The translations under genes and the position numbers were made by a program. 41,640 nucleotides of DNA from Candidatus Zixiibacteriota bacterium (lineage in GTDB: Bacteria; SM23-81; DAOVCL01), in assembly GCA_030670005.1 (NCBI GenBank), contig DAOVCL010000001.1, forward strand, positions 1 through 41,640. The letters are read 5' to 3'. Of this stretch, positions 18,512-26,638 are shown one piece after another (the first letter of the stretch is position 1; every line of letters starts with the position of its first letter). The notes under the pieces were generated by a model. That model was given only the letters and a program-made list of their open reading frames with translations, was not told the origin of the DNA and did not search any database.

Positions 18512-20188
18512 TCACCTGATCAGCAAGAGTTTTCTGGTTTTCTGAGCCACACCTCCTTTCTGGGTTTGCACCCTCAATTGACAGAAGTAAACTCCACTCC
18601 CCACTTCTCTCCCCTCCTCATCCTTTCCATCCCAGGTTACCTCATATCTCCCTCCTTTTTGTAGTTTATCGACCAAAGTTTTTACCTCTTGCCCTAATAA
18701 GTTGTAGATCCTCAAAGTGACGGCGGACGGCCGACCGCGGACGGCGGACAGGGTGTAGCGGATCAGGGTGGTGGCATTGAAGGGATTGGGAAAGTTCTGC
18801 CGCAAACTCACCTCCCTGGGCAGCTCTAATCCTCCTTTCTCCTCCTGCACATAATTAAGCGTTGTATCTCCAGAGAAGACCATCACCCTCCCCTCACTGT
18901 TTTCATATGGCGGAGTATATAGCCCCGGTGCCCCAAAGAGGATGTCATCTATCCCATTCCCATTCACATCCCCTGCCCTGCCCACAGATTTGCCGCAACC
19001 CTCATAAGAACCAGAGAAACCGTTGAACCCTACATCGAGCTTCCCATCCATAATCCTGCCACCCAAGTAGACAAGTACAGCACCCAGGTCCCCAAACCCA
19101 CTGGGATTGCCTGCTAACACATCAGCATAGCCATCTCTGTTGATATCACCAGCTTGGGGAAAGGGCCCCTGCGGTCCCCACCAAACATTGCCATCTTCTA
19201 AGATCACATCGGGAATGGTATCCACCTCCTGCCCACCATAAAAGATATAGGCTCTGTATATATAGCCTAACGAATCCCAATAACCACCTCCACAAATTAT
19301 GTCTGCATATTCATCTCCATTCACATCACCAATGACGGATACTTCGGAGCTAATACGGTATGATAGATGCTCTTCATCAAGCACAAAGTCTGGGATAGTG
19401 TCCATCTCCTGACCCCCGAAATAAAGACGAAAATAATCCGGGGAAGGGGTACCTTTCATCCCTCCTATAACCACATCATCATAGCCATCACCATTAATAT
19501 CACCACCTCCGGAGACACTAATACCTAAGCCAGAGCGAGCTGAATCCCCCACCACAGTCCAATCAGGGATGCTATCCATATCCGGGCCACCCAAAAAGAT
19601 ATAGACCTTGCCCTGCATGGTTTCATTGGGATAATTTACCGCTGACACGATAACATCATCATATCCATCACTGTTTACATCTCCTGCGGTTGAAAGAGAA
19701 CAACCAAAACCATCAAGAAAGTTCTCACCAACCAGAATCACATTCGGAATGGTATCCAATAAGGGTCCACCAAAATAGATGTATATTACACCTGGCTCCT
19801 CGGCATAGTATCTGCTCACGTAGATCATGAAATCACCAGCTTCGTCACCATTAACATCTCCAGCATAACTCAATCGAGATGTAAGTATCTCATCATTGCC
19901 TCTACTCCTAAGAACCATATCCGGTATTGAATCCATCGGTGAGCCACCATAGTAGAGGTAGACTTTCTGGTCGCCACTTGCTCCAGCTATGATATCATCA
20001 TATCCATCCCCATTCTGATCACCTATCCCAGCAACGCCATACCCGAGTCTGCTTCCAGCACTATCCCCCACCGCCTCAAGTAATTTCACTCCGCTATACT
20101 TTCCATGCTTCAGAAACTGTCCACGAGTAGATACCGAAATAGTCAGGAATGTGACGGCGAAGACTGGGATTATGTATTTAGGTTTCAT
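18512..20188 (-). CDS. FG-GAP/VCBS-repeat beta-propeller protein with T9SS C-terminal sorting domain
   Basis: Signal peptide MKPKYIIPVFAVTFLTISVS. At least seven GDxNGDGYDDxxxG repeats (GDQNGDGYDDIIAGA, GDVNSDGYDDVIVSA, GDINGDGYDDVVIGG, GDINRDGYADVLAGN, GDVNGNGIDDILFGA...). C-terminus NFPNPFNATTLIRYTLSAVRGRPSAVTLRIYNLLGQEV... Confidence 0.85.
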   Translation of the reverse strand: MKPKYIIPVFAVTFLTISVSTRGQFLKHGKYSGVKLLEAVGDSAGSRLGYGVAGIGDQNGDGYDDIIAGASGDQKVYLYYGGSPMDSIPDMVLRSRGNDEILTSRLSYAGDVNGDEAGDFMIYVSRYYAEEPGVIYIYFGGPLLDTIPNVILVGENFLDGFGCSLSTAGDVNSDGYDDVIVSAVNYPNETMQGKVYIFLGGPDMDSIPDWTVVGDSARSGLGISVSGGGDINGDGYDDVVIGGMKGTPSPDYFRLYFGGQEMDTIPDFVLDEEHLSYRISSEVSVIGDVNGDEYADIICGGGYWDSLGYIYRAYIFYGGQEVDTIPDVILEDGNVWWGPQGPFPQAGDINRDGYADVLAGNPSGFGDLGAVLVYLGGRIMDGKLDVGFNGFSGSYEGCGKSVGRAGDVNGNGIDDILFGAPGLYTPPYENSEGRVMVFSGDTTLNYVQEEKGGLELPREVSLRQNFPNPFNATTLIRYTLSAVRGRPSAVTLRIYNLLGQEVKTLVDKLQKGGRYEVTWDGKDEEGREVGSGVYFCQLRVQTQKGGVAQKTRKLLLIR

Positions 20189-20224
20189 TTAATCTCCCTC
20201 CTAAGAGGTGGTTGACCCTCTATC

Positions 20225-20839
20225 GCAAAGGTAACGCCCTCCTTGTGCTTATTATCTTTAGCCTATCACCATCCACAGCCCCGCTGTAGCCTGAGAGGTG
20301 GCTCATGGTCAAATATTGCATCAGCTTTAGATTGAGCATATCTCGTGGGTGTGGTTTTTTGGTGGCGTTACCTGTAGGTAACTGAAAGGCATAAGTGAAA
20401 TGTGATCCGAACCAGCCTCTTTGATAGAGGATTAGCTACAGAGGGATGACGAGTAGCCAGTAGTAAGTGGCTTTAACCGCTGCATCCAGGTTAAGCAAAC
20501 GTAACTCTGGCGAAGATAAGAGAGGGAAATGCAGGAGTACTTGTATTGGTAATCAAATGCAACTCAGGAAGCGCTTAGTCAAACCATTTTAGCTTCTGTT
20601 TCCACCAAACAAGAAAACCAATTGGCAATCCTCTGTCAAGGGAATTTTTATCCGTTTTGCAGAATAGAGATACCGGACTCTGAATCCCTGGGGCTTCCGT
20701 AGGAAACCCTGCCAAGCTTTGCTCGGTCGTATAAAGCTTCACTTCGTTGATCCAATAAGATCACCGTCTGCTGGCAATTAGATTCTTGTCTGCACAAAAG
20801 ACAGGAGCCATCCGATTTCACGGATGGCTTTTTGTTTTT
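20225..20839 (+). ncRNA. Candidate large structured ncRNA of unknown family (5' end uncertain)
   Basis: No ORF of 60 aa or more in any frame across 20189-20993. A 10-bp long-range helix pairs 20229-20238 with 20364-20373. Multiple nested hairpins are present. The 3' end is a canonical intrinsic terminator at 20806-20839. Confidence 0.4.
20806..20839 (+). terminator. Rho-independent terminator
   Basis: AGCCATCCG-ATTTCA-CGGATGGCT forms a 9-bp stem, followed by TTTTGTTTTTG. There is no upstream CDS on this strand. Confidence 0.75.
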
Positions 20840-20993
20840 GGGTTATCCACAACCCAGATCACTTAGCTAAGAGCCAAAACGGATTTTGCCTTCCCAATTT
20901 TGTCTCCAGGGACAATTTCTTCCGTCTATTTTATCCTTTCTTCTCCTGTTACGATTGAAGTATGAATCTGAAACAGAAAGGGGGTGATAGAGA

Positions 20994-21323
20994 ATGAAAA
21001 ATCACTCCCAAAGAATCAAGCAGAAGACAATTAAACAGAAACAGATACTAAACAGGCTTTGGAAATATCGCAAGGAGCGAGGGCTAACACAGAGAGATGT
21101 AGCTTACATACTGGGGACAAAGAATTCTTCTCAGATCTCCCACTGGGAGAGAGGAGACAAGATCCCCGGGACCAGGAATATCTTGAAACTCTCTGCTCTG
21201 TATCAGCGGTTATCCAATGATCTTCTATGGGGATTCTATGAGAAGCTAAGGGAAGAAGTAATAGCCAGGAAGAAGAAATTAAAAAATCTAAAGATCAGAC
21301 ATGCTCAAACCCAAAGAAGTTGA
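20994..21323 (+). CDS. XRE-family helix-turn-helix transcriptional regulator
   Basis: GGGGGTGA SD upstream. LWKYRKERGLTQRDVAYILGTKNSSQISHWERGDKIP is a classic HTH_3 pattern. 109 aa. Confidence 0.85.
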   Translation: MKNHSQRIKQKTIKQKQILNRLWKYRKERGLTQRDVAYILGTKNSSQISHWERGDKIPGTRNILKLSALYQRLSNDLLWGFYEKLREEVIARKKKLKNLKIRHAQTQRS

Positions 21324-21352
21324 GCAGGGCTTAGAAAAATAAGTCTAATATT

Positions 21353-22045
21353 ATGCAAATCCAAATCAGGGATTTAAGAAATGGAGATTGGTATTGGATA
21401 CATAAGCAAATAATCCAGGAGCATGCTCCTAAAATAAAAGCAGTGGGAGTTTTGGTTTACAGCTTTCTTGCTTGCCTTGTGGATAAAAGCCAGGCCTGTT
21501 TTCCCTCTCAAAAATACATGGCCGAGAAGCTTGGCTACTCACGGGCCACCATATCCGAAACCATCAGAGTCCTGGAAAGTTCTGGACTGATTAAGATAGA
21601 GAGACGAAGCAGGTATCATCTGGTCTACTCTCTGCTCAAGGTGAGATGTCAAAGGGAGTTTACACCTGAAACCAGATGTAAAGCAGAGGAAACTCAGATG
21701 TCAAATAGGGGAAACTCAGATGTAAACTATGGTGACACTAACGATAATACGTTAACAAGAATATATAATACCGATAATAACGATAGAATAAAAACAGGAA
21801 CGGTCTTAAAAAAATTCAGACCTAAAAGCAAAGAAGAACTGTTAGCCTGGGATATTGCTCAATCTTTAGATGATGAAAAAAACCTGGGCCTCTACATCTC
21901 CTACTGTCGCAAGTATCCTGGGGATATAATCTGGAGGGCATTTGGAGAGACGAAAGAAATTTCAACAGAGAAAATCAAGAAGTCCAGAGGGGCCCTGTTT
22001 ACCTATCTGGTTAAAAAGTATTCAAATAATAAGAAAAAGTTATGA
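21353..22045 (+). CDS. Winged-helix DNA-binding protein, putative replication initiator (paralog 1)
   Basis: wHTH-like FPSQKYMAEKLGYSRATISETIRVLESSGLIKIER. The C-terminal module ...NLGLYISYCRKYPGDIIWRAFGE...KIKKSRGALFTYLVKKY is shared with the next gene. Confidence 0.5.
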   Translation: MQIQIRDLRNGDWYWIHKQIIQEHAPKIKAVGVLVYSFLACLVDKSQACFPSQKYMAEKLGYSRATISETIRVLESSGLIKIERRSRYHLVYSLLKVRCQREFTPETRCKAEETQMSNRGNSDVNYGDTNDNTLTRIYNTDNNDRIKTGTVLKKFRPKSKEELLAWDIAQSLDDEKNLGLYISYCRKYPGDIIWRAFGETKEISTEKIKKSRGALFTYLVKKYSNNKKKL

Positions 22046-22599
22046 TCAAAGAACCCCCTAAAATCTTACTCTTAAGAAGCAGGCTCATCGGAAATGATGG
22101 GAGAAGCTATCAGAGGATGAGACAGACCATTTGGCTCTATCTCTATTTGGTGCTGCAGCTCAACCCTAAGACGGGAAGATTGGCCACCAAGGTATCAACC
22201 ATAAGCCAGGATATGGGAATAAAACAAGAAACTATTAGAAGCTGGCTTGGCCATCTGAGGAGAAAGGGCTATGTGTCAGTGAAGAGGGATGGGGATTACT
22301 GGCTGATAACCGTAACCGGCTTGAAGCCAATCCCGGAAAGCTATCAGGCCAAAGCCTTGAAACCGGATGAGGTAGTCAATGTCGAAAAGCAGAGACTGGC
22401 CCAGAGGATAGCAAAGGAGTTTGAGGATGAGGGCAACCTGGGATATTATGAGGACCTCTGTGAGAGATACCCAGAACATTTAATTAACCGCGCCTTTTCT
22501 GAGGTGAAGAAAGTGCCTCAAGTAAAGATCAAAAAGTCGAGGGGCGCGCTATTTACATATCTTGTGAAAAAATATGCCAACAAAAAAGAAGAAAAATAA
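22042..22599 (+). CDS. Winged-helix DNA-binding protein, putative replication initiator (paralog 2)
   Basis: ATGA overlap with the upstream gene. wHTH-like ISQDMGIKQETIRSWLGHLRRKGYVSVKR. C-terminal ...NLGYYEDLCERYPEHLINRAFSE...KIKKSRGALFTYLVKKY. Confidence 0.5.
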   Translation: MIKEPPKILLLRSRLIGNDGRSYQRMRQTIWLYLYLVLQLNPKTGRLATKVSTISQDMGIKQETIRSWLGHLRRKGYVSVKRDGDYWLITVTGLKPIPESYQAKALKPDEVVNVEKQRLAQRIAKEFEDEGNLGYYEDLCERYPEHLINRAFSEVKKVPQVKIKKSRGALFTYLVKKYANKKEEK

Positions 22600-23080
22600 T
22601 AAAAGGATTCTGTGCATTGACCCTGGCACCAGGGAGATGGGCATAGCCATCTTAGAAGATACAGAGCTCATCTATTATGGGGTGAAGACGCTGAAGAAGA
22701 AGAGGCCGACTTCGGTTCTCTTGCGGGAGACAAGGAGGATCATCTCCAGGCTGATTGATGACTATGGCCTCAAGACCCTGGTCATTGAGAAGACCTTCTT
22801 CAATCGCAACAAGAATGTCTCCAACCTCATTGTCATGGCTGAGGAGATAAAGGCCTTGGCTAAAAAGAGAAAACTGAAAGTGGTTGAATATGCCCCCAAG
22901 ACAGTGCGTAAATCCGTCTGTCAGGACGGTAAGGCCACGAAGAGGGAAGTGGCCAAAGTAATCTCTTCCCGGTATCCAGAGCTAAACATATATCTGACCC
23001 AGGATCGCAAGTGGAAGGTGAAGTATTGGCAGAATTGCTTTGATGCAATAGCCTTGGGTCTCTGTTATCTATCTGAATAG
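22574..23080 (+). CDS. RuvC-like Holliday-junction resolvase (RNase H fold)
   Basis: ILCIDPGTREMGIAIL (first Asp), LVIEKTFFNRN (Glu), VVEYAPKTVRKSVCQDGKATKREV, and CFDAIALGLCY (C-terminal Asp). 168 aa. Overlaps the upstream gene. Confidence 0.8.
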   Translation: MPTKKKKNNKRILCIDPGTREMGIAILEDTELIYYGVKTLKKKRPTSVLLRETRRIISRLIDDYGLKTLVIEKTFFNRNKNVSNLIVMAEEIKALAKKRKLKVVEYAPKTVRKSVCQDGKATKREVAKVISSRYPELNIYLTQDRKWKVKYWQNCFDAIALGLCYLSE

Positions 23081-23085
23081 CTTTC

Positions 23086-23197
23086 TCCCTCTTCCCCCTG
23101 GTCTCATGGTAGGCCAGGTTATGCTCTTCTTGCCAAGGGTGTAAGGTGCGGTCTGGCCAGAGGCAAGATCAGGTGGGGCTGCACCTGGGAAGAGGGA
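23086..23197. other. Multi-branch palindromic structure (closing stem plus three hairpins)
   Basis: TCCCTCTTCCC (23086-23096) pairs with GGGAAGAGGGA (23187-23197). Internal hairpins are CCTGG/CCAGG (23097-23118), TCTTGCC/GGCAAGA (23128-23168) and CAGGTG/CACCTG (23170-23187). Confidence 0.4.
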
Positions 23198-23372
23198 TTG
23201 GTTATTGGACGATATGAGGCCATTGTGGGGTATAAAAAGTGCCCTTCGAAGTCCTATAAAGGACAAGCTAAGGTTAAAGTTGGTATGGTTATTTGGGAGA
23301 GAAGTTAAAAGCTGGCAGGGTTAATTGCCGGTATAAGTCTTAATGGTCTCAAGGAGCTCGTTTCTCTTGTCG

Positions 23373-23903
23373 CTAAACTTCGACTCTTCTTATTGGTATT
23401 CCACCTTTTGAATAGATGGCTTTAACCTCATTGAGATGACCGGTTTGAGTTGATATGATGATGCGGGCTTCAGCATGCGGGGCCAACCGAGGAATACCGA
23501 ATTTCATCACGCTGTCAGGTGATACACGAGCCTGCCTCAATTTGGGGCGCCACATACTGCTGTCCTCGCGAATTGTCCTAGGAGCGGCGAGGATATTGAC
23601 TTCTTGGTCTGACAGAATTTGATATGCCCAAATAGGTGAGTTGCTGACGATACTGAGTTCTATATTTTGGGTCTCCTTTCGTCCTTGATTATTCAAAATG
23701 AGACCTGATTCATGGCGAGAGAGTTTCTTATTGTCTTTTTCAAGTGGGAACATTTGATTTGGCCCGTAAAGAATAACTCTTGGTTTTTCTCTGGCATAAT
23801 AGTTGTAACACGGTCCATACCAAAAAGGAATGGAAATAAATGCTATGATTATAGCTATTGCCTGCCATTTAAGAGTTTTCTTTCTTGTCTTTGATCTTGG
23901 CAT
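23373..23903 (-). CDS. Single-pass membrane protein, unknown function
   Basis: Basic N-terminus MPRSKTRKKTLK followed by the TM segment WQAIAIIIAFISIPFWYGPCY, then about 130 aa with no recognisable motif. Confidence 0.5.
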   Translation of the reverse strand: MPRSKTRKKTLKWQAIAIIIAFISIPFWYGPCYNYYAREKPRVILYGPNQMFPLEKDNKKLSRHESGLILNNQGRKETQNIELSIVSNSPIWAYQILSDQEVNILAAPRTIREDSSMWRPKLRQARVSPDSVMKFGIPRLAPHAEARIIISTQTGHLNEVKAIYSKGGIPIRRVEV

Positions 23904-24055
23904 AGAGAAGAGTCAGGATTTTCTTACTTCCTTTTTGGGTTTCTGAATAAGTTAATGATCTGCTCCTTGGTTGGGATTTGGGACAGTTTGTACAGATCGG
24001 GTAAGTTGCAGTAATCTTGGAAATAGCAGGTAAAGGTAATTCCGAGCAAGCGGGC

Positions 24056-24762
24056 TTAGCTTTGTAAGCACTTCGCCAGGAATTCCTCAATTTCCTCTCG
24101 GAATTTCCAACCCTTTCTCTTTGTATCAAAAAGAAGGGAGGCCATTGGATTGGCTCCACTAAGATGAGGGAGTATTAACAAATTGCAGCTAGGGCTCTCT
24201 CTTTCTCCTATAGGAAAATGAACCTTGATTGGTTCTGAATCTGCCCCTGACAGAGCTCTTTTTAACTCTTTCCAGAAGAAATCTCTCCAATCGAGTGACA
24301 CATTAGCTTTCTTCAAAATCCAGATACTACCATGGTTACCTACGCATATAATTGTCTTAGGCAAAGTTCGTTTTATCTCTTCAGGTAACCAATGATCAGC
24401 ACACGCACGTAAGTTGATCCCTTTGTGTTTTTCTTGACGGATATTTCCAAAACACTTTATGTAGTGGGTCCAGTATAGTTTCAAGTCTCTATCTGGAGGT
24501 ACTCAAAAATAGATTGGAGTCTGTTTAAATGAATCCCACCTCTTTTGGAGATTGGAGGATCTATCGGGTACGCAGCAGGATGTAAGTTTTTTCTACCCCA
24601 ACAGATAAGCTCTTTCTTGTCATCTTTTATGCCTTCACATAATTTTATATCGTAGAAAAGAGGCTTTCCGGGGAATGATATTTCCCCGGTTGGCTGTTCT
24701 GTAATGATGAGGGCATGAATCTGGGGCCCTTCATATCCCTTACTATCAAAGGTATTGTCCAT
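24056..24762 (-). pseudogene. Divergent UDG-superfamily (DNA glycosylase-like) gene interrupted by a frameshift near 24484
   Basis: AAGGAGA SD upstream of the ATG at 24762. The upstream half carries a motif-A-like LIITEQPTGEISFPGKPLF and ...GGIHLNRLQSIFEYLQIE. The downstream half, in another frame, continues with LYWTHYIKCFGN, TIICVGNHGS and a motif-B-like LLILPHLSGANP. The two ORFs overlap as TTGA. Confidence 0.5.
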
Positions 24763-25015
24763 TATTTCTCCTTTGTTTTTGTTTCTTTCTACGAGAGTGA
24801 CCAAGCTTACATGATAGTTTGAAGACCAACAACTACCACCAGCTAAAATCGGTGGATTGGTAGGGATAACTAAAGCTATTTCTTAACTTCGGTGACCTTA
24901 AAATCTCCCTGGCAACTCTCCTGTTGACTGTCTTTTTTAAGGTTCTGTGCTTTGTTATCCATGAACTCGAGAAACTCGAATTACTAAAAACTAAGTACCA
25001 ATTCCAATGAGGAGC

Positions 25016-26011
25016 CTATTTTTTGAGTATCCTTTTTAGGCTTTGAATAAATGTATAACCATCTACCCAATTTTGATTACGACTTTTGTCATTCCCAGAA
25101 CCCTTTTCAATGTCAACATAGTCAACTTTGTATTTCTGGTTAGAGTGAACTAAGAGATACTCAAGAGCAGACTGGCGCTTATACTTCTTGTCCTTTAAAA
25201 ATGCAGGTCGCTTGGTAAACCTTTCTTGGTCAGTTTTTTGCAAAATTTGTAATTCTTCAACTATGACCTCACAGAGGTTTTCGATGGTTCTGGCTGCATC
25301 ACCTTCCAATCCTAAACCTATGAAGATTTTCTCTTGTTCGGTGGTGGCTTTTGCAACCAGATCAAAGAAATCAAGTTGATCGACATAGTAGCTTTCCCTC
25401 TCGCCTTTGGGAGGGAATTCTTCCTTGTAGTTCGAGACACCCTTGGATAATACACGCACCAGATAGTGGCTTGATCCAAACTCAGTCTCAAATTCTGATA
25501 ATAAATCAGACCAAGTAATTATAGAATCAACTCCTTCTATCTGAGTGAATTTTTCTGATCCTCCATATATGAAACAATGATGAACGTATTGGATTTCGGT
25601 GTTCTGAAGAATGTCATTGATGGTTTTCTTCTGTAAATATATCTGGTGCTCAATAGCATTTTTCTGGATACGCTGGAAAAATTTAGCTTCGCCAACTATC
25701 AGGTATTTATCCATAAGCACAAGAGTAATATCAGGCACTGCGTATTCGTTATTCTCCGTAAAGTCCCTACCATACCAGAGTTCCGTTGAAAGTTGCACAT
25801 TCTCGTAGTTAAAGTCAGCTTCCATAAATTCCTTGAGGTCAATATGCAACTTTCTATTGTTTCTGTCTTTAAACGGCAACTTGCCCGAATCGTCCTTTAG
25901 CAACGAGAGGAAGGTCTTGAGTCCTCCAAATTGGCTTTCCATAATCATCGAGGCCAGTACGGTTGCTGTCCAGTATTTTTCCGTGCGGTTGTTTTCGTCT
26001 AAACGTTTCAT
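25016..26011 (-). CDS. PD-(D/E)xK-family nuclease-like protein with an uncharacterised C-terminal domain
   Basis: Ordered motif STELWYG ... VPDITLVLMDKYLIVGEAKFF (E...PD...ExK) followed by QxxxxxQ helices. About 170 further aa have no recognisable motif. Confidence 0.55.
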   Translation of the reverse strand: MKRLDENNRTEKYWTATVLASMIMESQFGGLKTFLSLLKDDSGKLPFKDRNNRKLHIDLKEFMEADFNYENVQLSTELWYGRDFTENNEYAVPDITLVLMDKYLIVGEAKFFQRIQKNAIEHQIYLQKKTINDILQNTEIQYVHHCFIYGGSEKFTQIEGVDSIITWSDLLSEFETEFGSSHYLVRVLSKGVSNYKEEFPPKGERESYYVDQLDFFDLVAKATTEQEKIFIGLGLEGDAARTIENLCEVIVEELQILQKTDQERFTKRPAFLKDKKYKRQSALEYLLVHSNQKYKVDYVDIEKGSGNDKSRNQNWVDGYTFIQSLKRILKK

Positions 26012-26227
26012 TGCTATTCCTCTCTTTCATTTTTGCCGCTTCCCCTTTGTTTGGTCTATTAGCTTATATAAGCACCAAAGTCTGGTCACGCCTCGGCTTC
26101 ATGGCGTTGCCAGGGCCATTTAGCCTATCTTGTTTATATCCGACAGCGTTGCGATACTTCTTTGTAGAATAGAATTAAACCCAAAAATCAAAAAAAGCAA
26201 GGGTTTTTCCATTGCCTTTTGATTTCT

Positions 26228-26638
26228 TTACTTCATTTCGCCTATTTTGGGTGGCACGGCAAGGATCTCGGCCCCTTTAAGGCGATTTGGAATATCATTG
26301 AGCCAATGTTCTGCATCCTTGATAGGTCCCCGCACCAACAGCATATCATCGCTACCCGGTATAACTATAACTGCGTACCAATCTTTGTTCAATTCGCAGG
26401 GATCGTCTGGGGCTTTGCGGTAAACGTCGATCCCCCCGATCAGAGAACCAGAAGGCACATGTGGATCAGAGTGTGGGATCCCGGGGTCCTCACTTCCGCT
26501 CGCATAGACTGAATGCACGACGGTGGCTGGGATACTTCGTAACCACCTCGGAATGGCGTCATCAATTAACTGCACCGGTGCCCACTTACGCCTCATCACT
26601 GCCTGAAACTGGCAAAGCGGCATCTTTTTGATTCGCAT
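26228..26638 (-). CDS. Hypothetical protein (136 aa)
   Basis: The ATG at 26638 is preceded by AAAGGAGAG at 5-6 nt spacing. No recognisable motif. GC is visibly higher than in neighbouring island genes. Confidence 0.45.
   Translation of the reverse strand: MRIKKMPLCQFQAVMRRKWAPVQLIDDAIPRWLRSIPATVVHSVYASGSEDPGIPHSDPHVPSGSLIGGIDVYRKAPDDPCELNKDWYAVIVIPGSDDMLLVRGPIKDAEHWLNDIPNRLKGAEILAVPPKIGEMK

Noticed and set aside
20189-20993. Checked whether the ORF-free region is a known housekeeping RNA (tmRNA, RNase P RNA, SRP RNA, tRNA) or a riboswitch.
   Set aside because: I found no GGTTCGA-type T-loop with a CCA end. The RNase P GAGGAAAGTCCGG or ACAGAANNCGGCTTA boxes are absent; only a lone GGTAACGCC is present, which here pairs with 20364-20372. 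There is no SRP GGAA/AGCA domain IV motif. No downstream CDS lies within riboswitch distance before the terminator. This was by eye only, so an Rfam scan is still needed.
23869-24159. 96-aa minus-strand ORF bridging the UDG-like gene and the membrane-protein gene, plus the 65-aa ORF at 23069-23266.
   Set aside because: The first overlaps two better-supported genes in another frame. The second coincides with the GC-rich palindromic structure. Neither has an SD or recognisable motifs.
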